DNA of 64,000 bases from Octopus sinensis (taxonomy: Eukaryota), in the NCBI RefSeq assembly GCF_006345805.1, contig NC_042999.1, forward strand, positions 90,148,001-90,212,000, in the 5' to 3' direction. Position 1 is the stretch's first letter. The number at the start of each line of letters is the position of its first letter. This document shows, piece after piece, positions 25,483-38,084 of this stretch. A program made the translations under genes and the position numbers. The notes under the pieces were generated by a model. It ran no database searches, was not told where the DNA came from, and saw only the letters and a program-made list of their open reading frames with translations.

Positions 25483-27456
25483 ATTTACAGCATCTAATAG
25501 AAATAGAACTTCTGGGATAAACTTGAACTCCAGTAACAACATTTATTTATGGCAAATGTGCACACTTCTACAAAAATGCAAAAGGAATTGTCATATAATG
25601 TAAACATAAAATTAATAGAAGCAATTTTTCCATTTCAGGATTATGTTACTTTTGGAGTATTTTCTCATTATGCACTGTTTTGGCTATTTGGGAAGGTACT
25701 CCCCCCAAAAACCCTGCGTCTTGGGAATCTGTGGTCTGATTTACGTGAAACTTGTTTTATTCTGTTTGTATTAACATTTCAGGGGTACCTTACTTTCAGA
25801 GTATTTTCCTATCATGCACTAGTTTGGCTGTTTTCAATTCCAGACAAGCGCACAAACAAAACTGGCATGACTACAGATGTGTACCCTCACTGACTTTGTT
25901 CCTCATAGCTTCCAGAAAAATGGATTCTTTTTAATAAAATTTTCAACAAATACCACTTAGGTACTGTGGATTTAGATTATTTAGGGATTTATGGGAAAGA
26001 ATTTTTTGAAGGGGTAGGGAGAGGAGTTTCAGAAAATTCACATGGTCTGACTTTTTTCCCTCATAACTTTTAGGAAAATGGATATCTTTTAATGAGATTT
26101 TGTACAAATATCTTTCAAATGGCATTGGTTACAATTATAAAGAAATTTATGGGGAAAGTCTTATGGGAGAATCTTCCAAAAAATGGAGTTTGGGATCAGG
26201 ACAACCAAATATATTGGAATTACTCTGTTTTGACAGGGATTTTCTCCATTTTTTTAAACCACAGCCTTCGAAATGATGTGGGTGGGGAACATCTTTTTAT
26301 GAAAAAATGGTTTTCAAAATTTTTTTTGTACAACTTATCATCCCACTCTTGACTGATTTTGGCCAATTTTTTGCACTTCAAAACCATGGAATGAGCCTTT
26401 TTGGTAAAAAAAAAAAATGTTAATATTTTCAGAGGAAAAAGTGAGTGGTTTGAGGGATTTCATCACCTTGCTCTCCAGAATTCTTCATTGCCAGCATAAA
26501 TCAGCTACTGATGAAATAGCAAAATCGTGTCGATAATTTAGGTGCATACTTTGATTAACTGCATTGCTTTTTGTTGAGATAAAGTAAAATAAACTTTCAG
26601 TTTAAAATCAGACATTTCATTCTTAATGACTTGATATGTAGAAGCTCCCTGCTGGCTTGTTGAGAGTTAAATGTGTACTGTCATCTTGATGGCTCTGCAA
26701 ATCAGATGTATTATTTAAACTGTCAAAACTGCCATATTTACTGTTCAAGCTGTCAATTTGATCAGATGTACTCTTTGAAAACTACTCTGTGTGTGGTTTA
26801 AATTACCAGCTGAGTCTGAAATTGAAAGGAATTTGGTTCACTATAATTTGGTGTGTTTCTTTTTAATTTGTAATTTACTCACTGTCATTTTTTTCTATAC
26901 TTACTGACATATTTATATATACACAGATCCTATCCACATACACATTATATAACCACACAACTCATAACTGTAAATGTACATAAAACATGTCAATATGTAT
27001 ATGATATTAATTGGCCTATATTTATATATATATATAAATAAGATAGTGGTACGACATTGCACCAATATTTACTTGAAATAGCAGTCGATAATATACAAGG
27101 CTATAGTAAAGCTTCACTATATATATATACTGGCAAACTTGTTAGTGAGTGGTGAACATAAAAAATTTCATCTTACCTGTAGGAAGAACATTAAATAAAT
27201 GTACAATCCAGATGCAGATAATCTAGGTTTTGAAGTTTGCAAATTATGTTTAACATAAATTTGATTAGTCCTCATTGGCTAGATTCACCTAGACAAAATC
27301 TCAAATGTCACTACATCAATACCAGTATATACTTGTCTGAGATGCCTAGCCGTTAACAGACCGAAAACAGTGTAAAAGTTTTCAAAGAAAATATTATTAA
27401 ATAGTGCAATACAGTAGTATTGCTTCCCAGTAAAACAAAGCACCATCAGGTTAAAG

Positions 27457-27490
<34 letters not shown>

Positions 27491-27689
27491 TATTTGAGAC
27501 AAAACCACTATTTTGCAAAACAAACAAGGAAAGACTTAATCAATACATAAAATTTAATAAATAGTCAATAAAATTGGATTTAATCCTAAATCTGATTTTT
27601 TTTTCCCTGTAAATTTGGATATATTCCCTAATATTTATTATTATATATATATATATATATATACACACACATAAATGTATAATGGTGTG

Positions 27690-28320
27690 TGTTTCGGGTT
27701 ACTCTAACTCCTCCCACACCGTCCAACCGATTTTAATGATTTTTGGCACATAGGTAGATCACATGCCATGAAGTTCAAATAATGCCAACATTTTTTGAAA
27801 ACTTGCTAATGCCCAGTTGACATCAAGTTTGTGAGCTCAGTTGGGCATCTGGAAATTCCCATAACAATGTTATTTTTCCTGCAGCTTTTGCATTTTTTGT
27901 CTGATTTTAATGAAAATTGATGAGTGAGCAAGGCTCAGGGCAGTGAGTTGATGTCAGTATATTGCATTGACAAAAAATTGATAATTGCGCCTGAGCAGTG
28001 GTTTTATAAAATCAATAGGTTTTTTGCATGCAAACACCCAGAGGGATTTTATTTTTGGCCGTAACTTTTATATTTTCATGTTAATGGTCACATAGATTCT
28101 ATTTTATGACATAACCTTAACACCTTTCTTTGGATTTTGCTGAAATTGGACTTGCTGATCAATTTTGTATAGAGGGTGGCATTAAGGGGAGAGAAATAAA
28201 CATCACTTTCAACGGGTCGAGGTACAACCAAAAGTTTGACTGCAATTTCAGACGGTCCAGTATGTAGGAGTATGTCGAAACCGTTAACCAGATAAAATCC
28301 CTGCCAAACTAGATATAACA
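27690..28320 (+). mobile_element. Helitron/Helentron-like non-autonomous element
   Basis: (TA)n/(TG) start, AACTCCTCC...CCGATTTTAATGATTTTTGGCAC and a second CTGATTTTAATGAAAATTG; retains CpGs; termini not proven. Confidence 0.4.
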
Positions 28321-28676
28321 TCTTAATGGGTAATAGTTAACATGAGGAACGTAAAAGATTTCAATACAAGTTCAGAGGTAGGCTTAACTTCAACATGGAA
28401 AACACGAGTTCAATAGCTAGGATACACACACACACACACACATACACACACACACACACACCACACACACACACATATATCATCATCATCATCATCGTCG
28501 TTTAACGTCCGTTCTCCATTAAACGACGATGATGATGATGATGATATATGTGTGTGTGTGTGTGTGTGTATGTGTGTGTGTGTGTGTGTATGTGTGTGTG
28601 TGTGTGTGTATCCTATATATATATATATATATATGAAAATTATTTTAATGTCTGCTTTTCCATGCTTCGATGGGCC

Positions 28677-28712
<36 letters not shown>

Positions 28713-29519
28713 GGTGGGGTTTGGTATGTATGTAGATACATACATACATAGACATTGTGTGTGCATGTATGTGTGTATGCATAAATGTTTTCGATTTGGC
28801 CTGTAATTACAGAAACAGAATGTATGTGTAACTGTGTGTGAAGGTTTTCAAATATCATCTGTTGTCATACAATGATATCTTGACCTTTTCAAAGCCAATG
28901 TTGTGTTGTTAATGATAGTCCTCTACAAAGTAATGTGTGTCCACTGTAGACCAACAGGATAATGCTAACCTCCATTCTGTATTACTACAGTTAATGTCAC
29001 GTTGCTGCACTTTTGTGAATGGCATTTGTATTTTGGTAGTTTAGTAGTATTTTATCATTCCTCATCACCACCACCACCACCACCACCACCACATCTGCTG
29101 CTGGTGTCTCTATTATTGCTGAAGTAACACAGCCACTGCTGCCAACACCACCATGCTCCCTTCCTCCCCCTACTTTCCCTTCTCCTCCTCCACCACTCTT
29201 ACCATTCCTACCAACCACTGACTCCAGTACCACTGCTGCCATGACCATTGCCATCACAGCTACCACCACCTTCACCACTGCCTTTGGTGCTGTTGCACTA
29301 CCACCACCATAACATAACTAGAATTTTTGTTTTGTAGTTTTTCCTTTTAGTTTCTCTCCCAACACTTCCTTTCTCCTTCCTCCTCTCCCATCTCTTTCTT
29401 TCTTTTCTGTCTTCATTTCTTTTCAATTTATTCAGTTTCAGCCATAATTAGTTCTGCTGTCACAGCATTTTTTGCTAAAATGTCCTGGAGTGATTTTCCT
29501 CATAGACCTGTCTGCCACG

Positions 29520-29805
29520 TCAGAATTGATAATGGTGGTGGTGCCACATAAAAAGCACTGGTGTTGGTTCTACATAAAAAAATCACCTGTGCTGGTGCTA
29601 TGTTAAAAGCACTGGTGCTGATGCCATGTAAAATGCACCCAGTATGCTCTGTGAAGTGGTTGGCATTAGGAAGGACATCCCACTGTAAGAAGCCATGCTA
29701 AAACAGACAATGGAGCCTGGTGAAGCACATGGTTTCATCAGCTCTGTTCAAACTCATGCCAACATAGAAAACAGACATTAAATGATTATGATGATGATGA
29801 TGACA
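29520..29805 (+). mobile_element. RTE-related SINE-like repeat (old copy)
   Basis: Degenerate TAAAAAGCAC units, GGTTGGCATTAGGAAGGACATCC, (GAT)n tail. Confidence 0.7.
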
Positions 29806-30345
29806 TGGTGTGTATGGCACTCCTGCTTTTGATGGCTGCATTAGCAACATAAATAAAGTAGAATGTACACCACTTGATCATGGTGTATATCTTGCACTCT
29901 ATGGTGCTTGTATATCCCTCAGTACCTCTGCCAGTCACTGTACTGTATGTCATGGCCAGTTTTGAGAGTAGCACTGCTACTCACATGGTTATTAGCAATT
30001 AGTCAGTAATGTAGTTTTCCCACCACTTTTAGTGATCAGTGAATGTTATAGCTTGTTGTTTAACCCCAAGTCATCCCTGTTTGCGCCGATCTATGAGCAG
30101 TGGGAATTCAACTGTTTCATCCTGTCTGTAATTTAAGGAATACATTATCTAAAATGAACTTTTTTTTAAAGGTAGTATGGTTGATTTGATTGAGATTTGG
30201 CTACTACTGCTAGTTGTTCAAGAGATTGTATGGAAGCCTTTTAATTGACCATAAGGAAGCTCTCATACAAAGATGAAATGTCATATGTACTTTATTCATT
30301 GAGTAATTATTACATGTATTACCACACACACATACCAATAATATT

Positions 30346-31606
30346 TATTAGGTTGTCAAGGAAGTTCTTGCGGTTTTTAACCTTTAAATTCAGATGCACA
30401 TATCTTGGCTCAAACAAAACTTTATTAATTGAAATAAACACCATCAGAATCAACACACTTTTGCCAATGTGAAACAAGTTTATTTATGCCAGTAGCATAA
30501 AAATCCTGTGTTCTGGTGGTGATGAAGTCGTTGAAGGCATGTTTGGCATCATCTTGGTTTTTGAAGCATTTCTCACACAGGAAGTTGTCAAGATGTTTGA
30601 AAAAGTGGTAGTCGGTAGGTGAGAGGTCTGGTGAGTATAGCAGATGAGGCAGAGTTTTGTAGCCCAATTTGTTCAACTTCTGCAGGCTCAGTTGTACGAC
30701 GTGTGGCCGAGCGTTGTCATGGAGAAGAATTGGTCCTTTTCTATTGACCAATGCTGGCTGTTGTCAGAGTTTCTTATGCATTTCATCCATTTACTGACAG
30801 TACTTCTCTGCCATAATGGTTTTGCCTGGATCCAAAATACTGTGATAGATGAGACCGGCTGCAGACTACCAAACAGTCACCATGACCTTCTTTTAGTGCA
30901 ACTTTGGCTTCGGGAAGTGCCGTGGAGCTTTGTCGGCGTCCAACCACTGAGCTGAGCGTCGTCGGTTGTCGTAATGAATCCACAGGTCATTCTTGTTGCG
31001 TAAAAGAAGGGAAGACGACGCTTCAAAATGGCAATTTTTTTGGTTGTCGTTCAGTTTGTGCGGCACCCATTTCACAAATATTTTTGTTTTTCCAATCTTT
31101 TTCAAGTGTTTGGAAATTGTCGTATGCATTACGTCTAATTCAGAAGCAAGCTCTCGAACAGTTGTGCGTGGATTGGCTTTGACTAAGGCTCTTAGTTGAT
31201 CGTTGTCAACATCTGATGGCCGACCACTATGCTTATCAACTTCAAAACTCTCATCACTGCTATGAAATTTCTTGAACCACCATTGTGCTGTACATTCATT
31301 AGTGGTTCCTGAGCCAAACGCATTGTTGATATCGCGAGCTGTTTTAGCAACTTTTCGACCTAGCTTGAACTGGAAAAAGAAAATTGTGTGAATTTGTTTT
31401 TTGTCCATGTTGTATTCAATGTTCTGGAAAAAATGGCCTAATTATTCAAAAAGAAAAAGAGTAAAACAATTAGATAGAGCAAAAAAAAATAAACGGGCTT
31501 TAAAATGATATATAAAGTCAAAGTAATTTAATGAAAATTAATTTGAATATACATCGTTTAAAACCAAAATTAAAAATTCTGCAAGAACTTTCTTGACAAC
31601 CTAATA
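30346..31606 (-). mobile_element. Near full-length Hsmar1-like (cecropia-type) mariner with a pseudogenised transposase at 31408-30425
   Basis: 26-nt TIRs including TA (1 mismatch); MDKKQI...WVPHKL...HDNARPH...YSPDLSPTDYHFF in one frame with 4 premature stops. Confidence 0.95.
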
Positions 31607-31980
31607 GTTTTTGGCTGAGTGTCAGATCACAGCACATTCTTTGTCTTTTCTAAGGTTTAACACTTTGATGTGTGATCCCTTAGAAAGAGCTGATTTACTT
31701 TTAGGACATTGGCATATGGAGTGGAAGATGCTATCTTGATACCACACAGATGAAGTGATTTCATCTTCAAAGTAGTAAATTGGGTCTGTGTTAGTTGGCC
31801 TCATAAAAAAAATTCCATGATGTAAGTTTGGGTTTGGAAATGAAATCTATCTTCAGAAATGTTAGTTTAATGTTGTCAGACTTGTTCTTGGATAAACTGG
31901 AATTTAATATGTAGTTGTGATTCTATGCTAGTAGTTAATATTTGTTCATTTGAGTTGTAATAAACAGTCTGTTCCAAAGG

Positions 31981-32500
31981 ACATTTGGGCCGATGACACT
32001 GGATAACTTCCAAAAGTCTCTGGCAGTGTTACCGAGGAGCCTTACCCGTTCGGGATAAGCTCACTAGACACAGCCATCCCGGCACATCGGCCTGTCCAAG
32101 GTGCGAGCAGGACAGGGAAACCGTCCTGCATGCTATCATTCAGTGCCTAAAAGTGTCAGAAGTATGGGCTTATGCAGAACACCTGTTGTCAGATGCAGGA
32201 AGAGTACAGTTGTCATCTGAGTCAATTCTAAAAATTGACCCACCGGATTTCCTTATGAAAGAAGGTTAGAATGGTTTTCTCGTGGTAATAGCAATTGCAA
32301 AGGAGGTGATATGGAAGTTGAGAATGAAAGGATTGGTGACAGGCAGCTTCATCTCTGGTCTCGGTTTGGTAAAATTTTTCACCTTTCACCTGAAAAGGAA
32401 TGTGGGGCTCGAGAGAAGATGCCTTTCAATGAGAATTTACAAAGATAGATGGGCATATGTAGCACGAATGCTGTGTGTGAAAGATACTGCATGAACATGT
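31981..32500 (+). mobile_element. Tx1/L1-clade LINE ORF2 C-terminal fragment
   Basis: WQCYRGALPVRDKL...CPRCEQDRETVLHAIIQC (CCHC zf-RVT-like)...AKEVIWKLR; one stop and one frameshift. Confidence 0.8.
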
Positions 32501-32553
32501 CATAAAGCTTACCAACAGGTAATACAGTTCTATATTTACGCCATGTGCCCATC

Positions 32554-32625
32554 GGCATATGGCATAGTGATTAAGAGTGTGGGCTACTAACCCCAAGATT
32601 CCGAGTTCGATTTCAGGCTGTGACC

Positions 32626-32673
<48 letters not shown>

Positions 32674-32826
32674 TCATCATCATCATCACAAAATACCTTA
32701 GAAATGAGAACCCAGGTTCAAAATTTCCCCAAGACATCTGATGAAGGGTGGAGGGTATATCAACCGAAACGTTAACAACAAACAAGATGAGGACAAATAT
32801 CCGTCAAATGTAAATAATGTAAATAA
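32554..32826 (+). mobile_element. Composite repeat: tRNA-like head, (AAT)n(CAT)n, and a Penelope-type 3' end with a hammerhead-like core
   Basis: TGGCATAGTGATTAAG A-box, GAGTTCGATTTC B-box, then CTGATGA...GAAACGTT at 32738-32773 and an AAATGTAAATAATGTAAATAA tail. Confidence 0.65.
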
Positions 32827-33100
32827 GTTACCAAAAGGTGTCAGTAGTGGAACAGAGCTCATGGGGTTGGAGCTAAAACCTGTTCTCCTGCCTCATTTCT
32901 TGTTTGTCAATTTGTTTTGTAATTTGTGTTACCATCCGATTTTCCATTTGATTTCATTGTAAATTTTTATCTCTCATTTTGTGTGTCTGACCCCAAATCA
33001 GGCTATATTGTCCCCTCTATGTTGTCCCCGTGTGGGCAATAAAAAAACAAGTAATAAATTAGTTATGGTTTTCTTAAAATGTTATCTGTTTCTTTTATAG

Positions 33101-33139
33101 ATTCAATGGACTAAACTGAAAACACAGCCCATCTGCCTG
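33101..33139 (+). CDS. BLTP3B: BLTP3 exon 3 (39 nt)
   Basis: tttatag|ATT...CTG|gtaagt; IQWTKLKTQPICL versus recalled human IPWTKLKTHPICL; phase 0->0. Confidence 0.93.
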
Positions 33140-33230
33140 GTAAGTAACTACATGTATGTATGTGTGTATGTGAAAGAGAGAGAGAGAGAGTATATTGGTA
33201 TGTGTGTGTGTGTGTGTTTCAGTGGGTTTG

Positions 33231-33271
<41 letters not shown>

Positions 33272-33954
33272 CAACAAATTGAGGAACGGCTATAATAGGC
33301 CGTTCGACCCACTAGAAAAAGCAGCCAGGGCTCCAACCGCAAATAGTAGTAATTCTGGAATCAGATGAAAAATTAAAAAACATTTACCCTATTCATCTTT
33401 AGACAATGCATTGTTTCAGGGTTTTTTTAATGGTAAACCAGCCTGATTAAATTAAATCAAGTCAATCTTCCAAAGGCCAACGCAATTCATCAGTAAAGGA
33501 GCCAGGAGGGAGAGAAATATATATATATATATATATATACATCTGTATATATATACATCTGTATATATGATTTTGTGTAGATTTGTGTAGGTTTTGCAAA
33601 GTTTTATTGCTTGATCCCTCAATTTATGCTTATCTTTCTACTCTGCTGTAAATTATGAGATTTTCCGTATATGACATATGTTTTTAATTTCTGAAAGAAA
33701 GATATATTCAATTTTAGTGAGGTAATCCACAAAGTTGTGGCGGATTTATAGTATAGAAAATATGATATAAAACAGCAGAAACAGAATTCACTTGATGTAG
33801 CAAATCAAATATGTATGGATGGATTAGGATAAAGTTGCTTCTGAATAAGCATGATCTTTTGGAAAACTTTCTGTACTCTGTAACAAAAATACAGCTATGT
33901 ATGATCACCTTTTACGAATGTTGATGTATTTATGTATTTTCTTGTAAATTCTAG

Positions 33955-34040
33955 TACCTGGATGAAGTCGTTTTGGAAGTGGAAACATGTGAAGAACCAA
34001 GATCTCCAAACAATCCTCAAATGCCGACTTCTAATGTCAG
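33955..34040 (+). CDS. BLTP3B: BLTP3 exon 4
   Basis: ctag|TAC...AG|gtgagt; YLDEVVLEVETCEEPRSPNNPQMPTSNV (human ...MSTCEEPRSPNGPSP); 86 nt, phase 0->2. Confidence 0.93.
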
Positions 34041-34084
34041 GTGAGTAGTTGAATTAGTGTTTCCAAATAGAATGTTATATAATG

Positions 34085-34410
34085 ATAATAATGAAATTAT
34101 TGTATACAGTGCTCTGGTGCACCACAACTTGTCAAAAGTGCATATAAAGCATATGCAGTAATGTACAAATGTCTGGAAAGTGAACAGTGTATGAGTCAGA
34201 TACATGCTTGTGTGTGCATGGAGGGGAGAAAATCAAGTGCAGTGTTGGCGAATCTCAGGAAGCATGGAAGTTTTGAAGGATGCAGTGCTCCAACAACTAA
34301 CAACTGATGCCGGCAAGTTGTTCCATACTTCAGCAACTCTTAGCGTGAAAAAATGTTTCCGAAAGTCATGGGAGCTGTACTGTTTTCTGACTTCATTGTA
34401 TGTATGCTGT
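34085..34410 (-). mobile_element. CR1-like LINE 3' end
   Basis: RKHFFTLRVAEVWNNLPASVV is a CR1 ORF2 C-terminal motif; short (ATT) tail; near-identical copy at 48551-48810. Confidence 0.8.
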
Positions 34411-35158
34411 AGTAGCATGCCTTTCCCTGATATCATTCTGATAGTGAATTTCACTCTTTCTAGAATGAATTCTAACTTCAGAAAAAAAAAAACGGTATAA
34501 TTGGACCAACTTAAAACTGAATCCATTATTTCAAAAACACTTCTCCCATTGATATTGTGATTCTAAATCTATTAAGTCCTCATTTTGGCATAGAATATTA
34601 ACCAGCTTCCATCTTACATTCCTCTTCCCTTTTAGCTAAATAGACCTGATGCATCATATCATATTTAATTTCTAATCTTCCTGATAACATTTATATCTTC
34701 TTTTTTTTTACATCTAGTTCCCAGTTATCCATTTACCAGCAACTAATCTGTGTTGGTTCAAAAATGAACATCAAAACAGCTAATTACTCTTGCTTATAAA
34801 CCTGAGATATTCTGTGTATGTAAGAAATCAATACTCTTTTTATTGGTGGTGGTGGGTGAGCACTGACAATGGAGCACTCATATTTAGATCAGTTTCTTTA
34901 ACACTCTGCGTTCAACTTCGGCTGGGGTTAATTTTGACTTTGCCATTCATCTCTCAGGGGTTGATAAAATAAACACTAGTAGTTTGTGAGTGTGTACTAC
35001 CGATAAAAGTACTTGTTAATAAAAAGTATTGATCAATAAAAGTACTTATCTCAATCTATTAGTTCTGAAATAATCTCCAGTTTTGTGTGTCCTGAGAGTG
35101 TTATTTGCTATTGTTGTTATCACCATCTGTCTCTTTGCTCTTCTGTCTGTCCATTCCT

Positions 35159-35197
<39 letters not shown>

Positions 35198-36684
35198 GTC
35201 TATGAATTAGATGACATCGCTACTTACTTAGGCTCTTGTCACTTTATCTTGTGAAGCCCATCATCCCGAGACTTGACCTCTATCCTTCTATTGACTTCAT
35301 TATTCTTGTTCTATATGTTGTTGTTGCTATCACATTCATTCATTTGGGAGTGGTACTAGTCAAGTTTGTAATAGTGTTACCGTGTCACTGAAGACTGAGT
35401 CTTTGGATTCTCCTCTACCACATTCTTAGCAATAATCATCATTGCTACCGTCACCACACCACTACCATCACCACCATCACTTCTACAACCATACCCCACC
35501 ACGATAATTTTCTGTTCATTTTCTTCCCCAAATTAGCATGAGTTGGATTAAATTTATTTAGGTAGTATCCTATGGCCAGATAACTCTTCCTATCACCAAT
35601 CCTTGTTTTCAAGTAAGATATTTTTTGCATTGGTTTTCACTTGATAGAAATTATGAAACCATCAAGCTTTGTCATGTTAATTTATGGGAGACATAAACAA
35701 TATCACCATTTTGCTCAAACAGTATCTTTGTGAAGACTTGTGGAAAGCAAATATTTCTATAAACATATATGCACATGCACACCCACCTACACACATATAC
35801 ATATCTATTAGTCGACTGACTGATCAATTCATTGATTGATCAATCCATCCATTGATCCATCCATCTGTCCCTCCGTCTGTCTGTCCATACATACATATAA
35901 TAGGCATCACAATGTGTTGACTGACCTGAGGCTAGAGGACTAGGCTACCCAGCAAGACTAAACCTGAAACCACATAGTTGAGAAGCGAACTCCTTACTCC
36001 ATACAACCATGATACAGTGGCAATAACATTCTTAATTCTTTCCAAAGCTTTTATTGTTAGCTTGCTTTTAAAAGTAAGATAAATAAATGCCAATAGACAT
36101 ATCCCAAGAGAGACAGAAGCATGGTAGTCCAAAAACAAAGTGGAGAAGATTCACAGAAATGAAGCACTGACAGCAGTTACATCTGGGCACAACTGCAATG
36201 CATTGCCAAAGATCGAGACAGATGGAGATCTCTTGTTGGTGCCCTTTGCTCCACATTAGGTCAAAGGAATGGATGATGATGGTGAAATACAATTAGTAGT
36301 GTTAAAAAATGCAGAGAGAGGAGGCTGGTATTTATTTTACTGACACAAGGAAGGATGAAAGGTTAAGTTATCTCCAGACAGAATTTGAACTCAAAACAGA
36401 TAGATGAGACTAAATTCTTGTCAAAAATTTCATATAGTTTGTTGTGTATAACATATGGACATAGCTTAGTGTGTAGCACATAACACAGAGACTTAGTCAC
36501 ATCAGCTAAATATATAAACACACAAGGGTGGGGGCATTATATGTGTAATACAAAGGGTGTAACACAGACCTAGGATCTTATTTTTTGTACAAATGAAATG
36601 TTTATCAGTATTAAGTTGAACTGACTGAAATGTGATGTGTATGTGTCATTTGTCCTTTGCTTTCATCTGATTCTATACTTGAAG

Positions 36685-36790
36685 GCCGGGGAAATATGGT
36701 TTTGTGGAACGAGCTATCGACGGAATCTATGTTCACATTAATTCAGTCCAAGTCAACTTCCGCTCGAAAACATTCCAGGCATCCTTGCAG
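36685..36790 (+). CDS. BLTP3B: BLTP3 exon 5
   Basis: gaag|G...CAG|gtgagt; PGKYGFVERAIDGIYVHINSVQVNFRSKTFQASLQ (human EYGFAEKVVEGISVSVNSIVIRIGAKAFNASFE); 106 nt, phase 2->0; AAG acceptor. Confidence 0.9.
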
Positions 36791-37065
36791 GTGAGTAAAG
36801 CAGTTTTTATTGTTAGTGACTAAATATGTAAAATATTTCTGTGTACTTTGCTGGTCTGTAAGACATCAGTCCTGGTGAGAGTGGGCGAGTGTGGCATCCT
36901 CATCATTTTTGTTGTCATCACCACCCTTACATGAACATCCATGATGTGATGTCATACCTCTGAATAACCACTCACTGTCCTGCTTTTGACATCACCTTTT
37001 GGCCTGTCAGACATAGCTTCCAATCTTATTCAAAACCCTTCCTCCTTCTAACTGAGCTATAAATA

Positions 37066-37110
<45 letters not shown>

Positions 37111-37691
37111 TATATATATAATATATATATATATTATATATATATATATATAAATTCTTTGTTCACTTCTCTCCAAAAAAGCTCCTCACTGTTCAATCAT
37201 AAACATATCTGTTGTTGATAAAGGTTTATATCCAAATTTGCAAACTTGTTTAACAAGAAAAAAAAACAAAACAAAAGAACAAAAACGAAAACAAACAAAC
37301 TTGAAAAAATAACGAAAGAAGATGCAATAAAGACAGTTTCTGGTTGTTAAGACAAAGGTGTAGCTCCAGTTTGAATATTAGATTTGATTTCTTTTGAAAA
37401 TCATTTGAAACTTAGTGTATTTGGACTAATATCATCTGAAGTTAAGCAAAAACAAACACGAAGAACAAGGGCTATTCCATGAATGGCCTGGAACAAAGAC
37501 TGCCACAATTCACAAAGAACAAAGAGTTGTTGCAGAAATACCATTATTTTCGACTGAGACCAAAAAAAAAAAAAAAAACTCATTAGCGTCATCATCGTTG
37601 TTGTTGCCTTTAATATTTTATATATCCAAATTTACAGTTGAGACATGTAATGACAATCTGTTTTACTGTTTATTTCCTTTTTCTTTGGTAG

Positions 37692-37935
37692 ATGTCTCGG
37701 GTGAAAGTTCACAGCGTGACCCCAACCTGGCAGGTCACATCTGACCTCCGTGTTACTCGCTTAAAAGATATTTCTCGAGGGGAGGTGATAATCTTTAAAG
37801 AGGTTGATTGGCAAGCAACTCGCATCGAAGCTCAAGCAGTTGACACGATGATGAAGGGAGTGATAACTCAAACACCAATTAGACTAATTGCCAATCAGGC
37901 CAAATTAAGGATTGCTGTGAAGAAAAATATGAATG
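37692..37935 (+). CDS. BLTP3B: BLTP3 exon 6
   Basis: ggtag|ATG...G|gtaaga; MSRVKVHSVTPTWQVTSDLRVTRLKDISRGEVIIFKEVDWQATRIEA...PIRLIANQAKLRIAVKK; 244 nt, phase 0->1. Confidence 0.95.
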
Positions 37936-38084
37936 GTAAGAGTATTCCAGATTTTTCATAATTTTATATCTTTAGAGTTTTGTTTTGTTTTGTTTTCTTT
38001 GTGATATCATAGAGAATCTATGTATGGAATAATAGTCGTGCACTTTGCCTCACTGATACCCAGAAAAGATGCATAGAATATAGG

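Noticed and set aside
28410-29278. ORFs rich in YI, CV, HT or VV repeats (also at 8268, 18755, 51439)
   Set aside because: Translations of microsatellites.
32554-32626. Possible functional tRNA gene
   Set aside because: No complete acceptor stem, and it runs straight into (AAT)n; treated as a SINE head.
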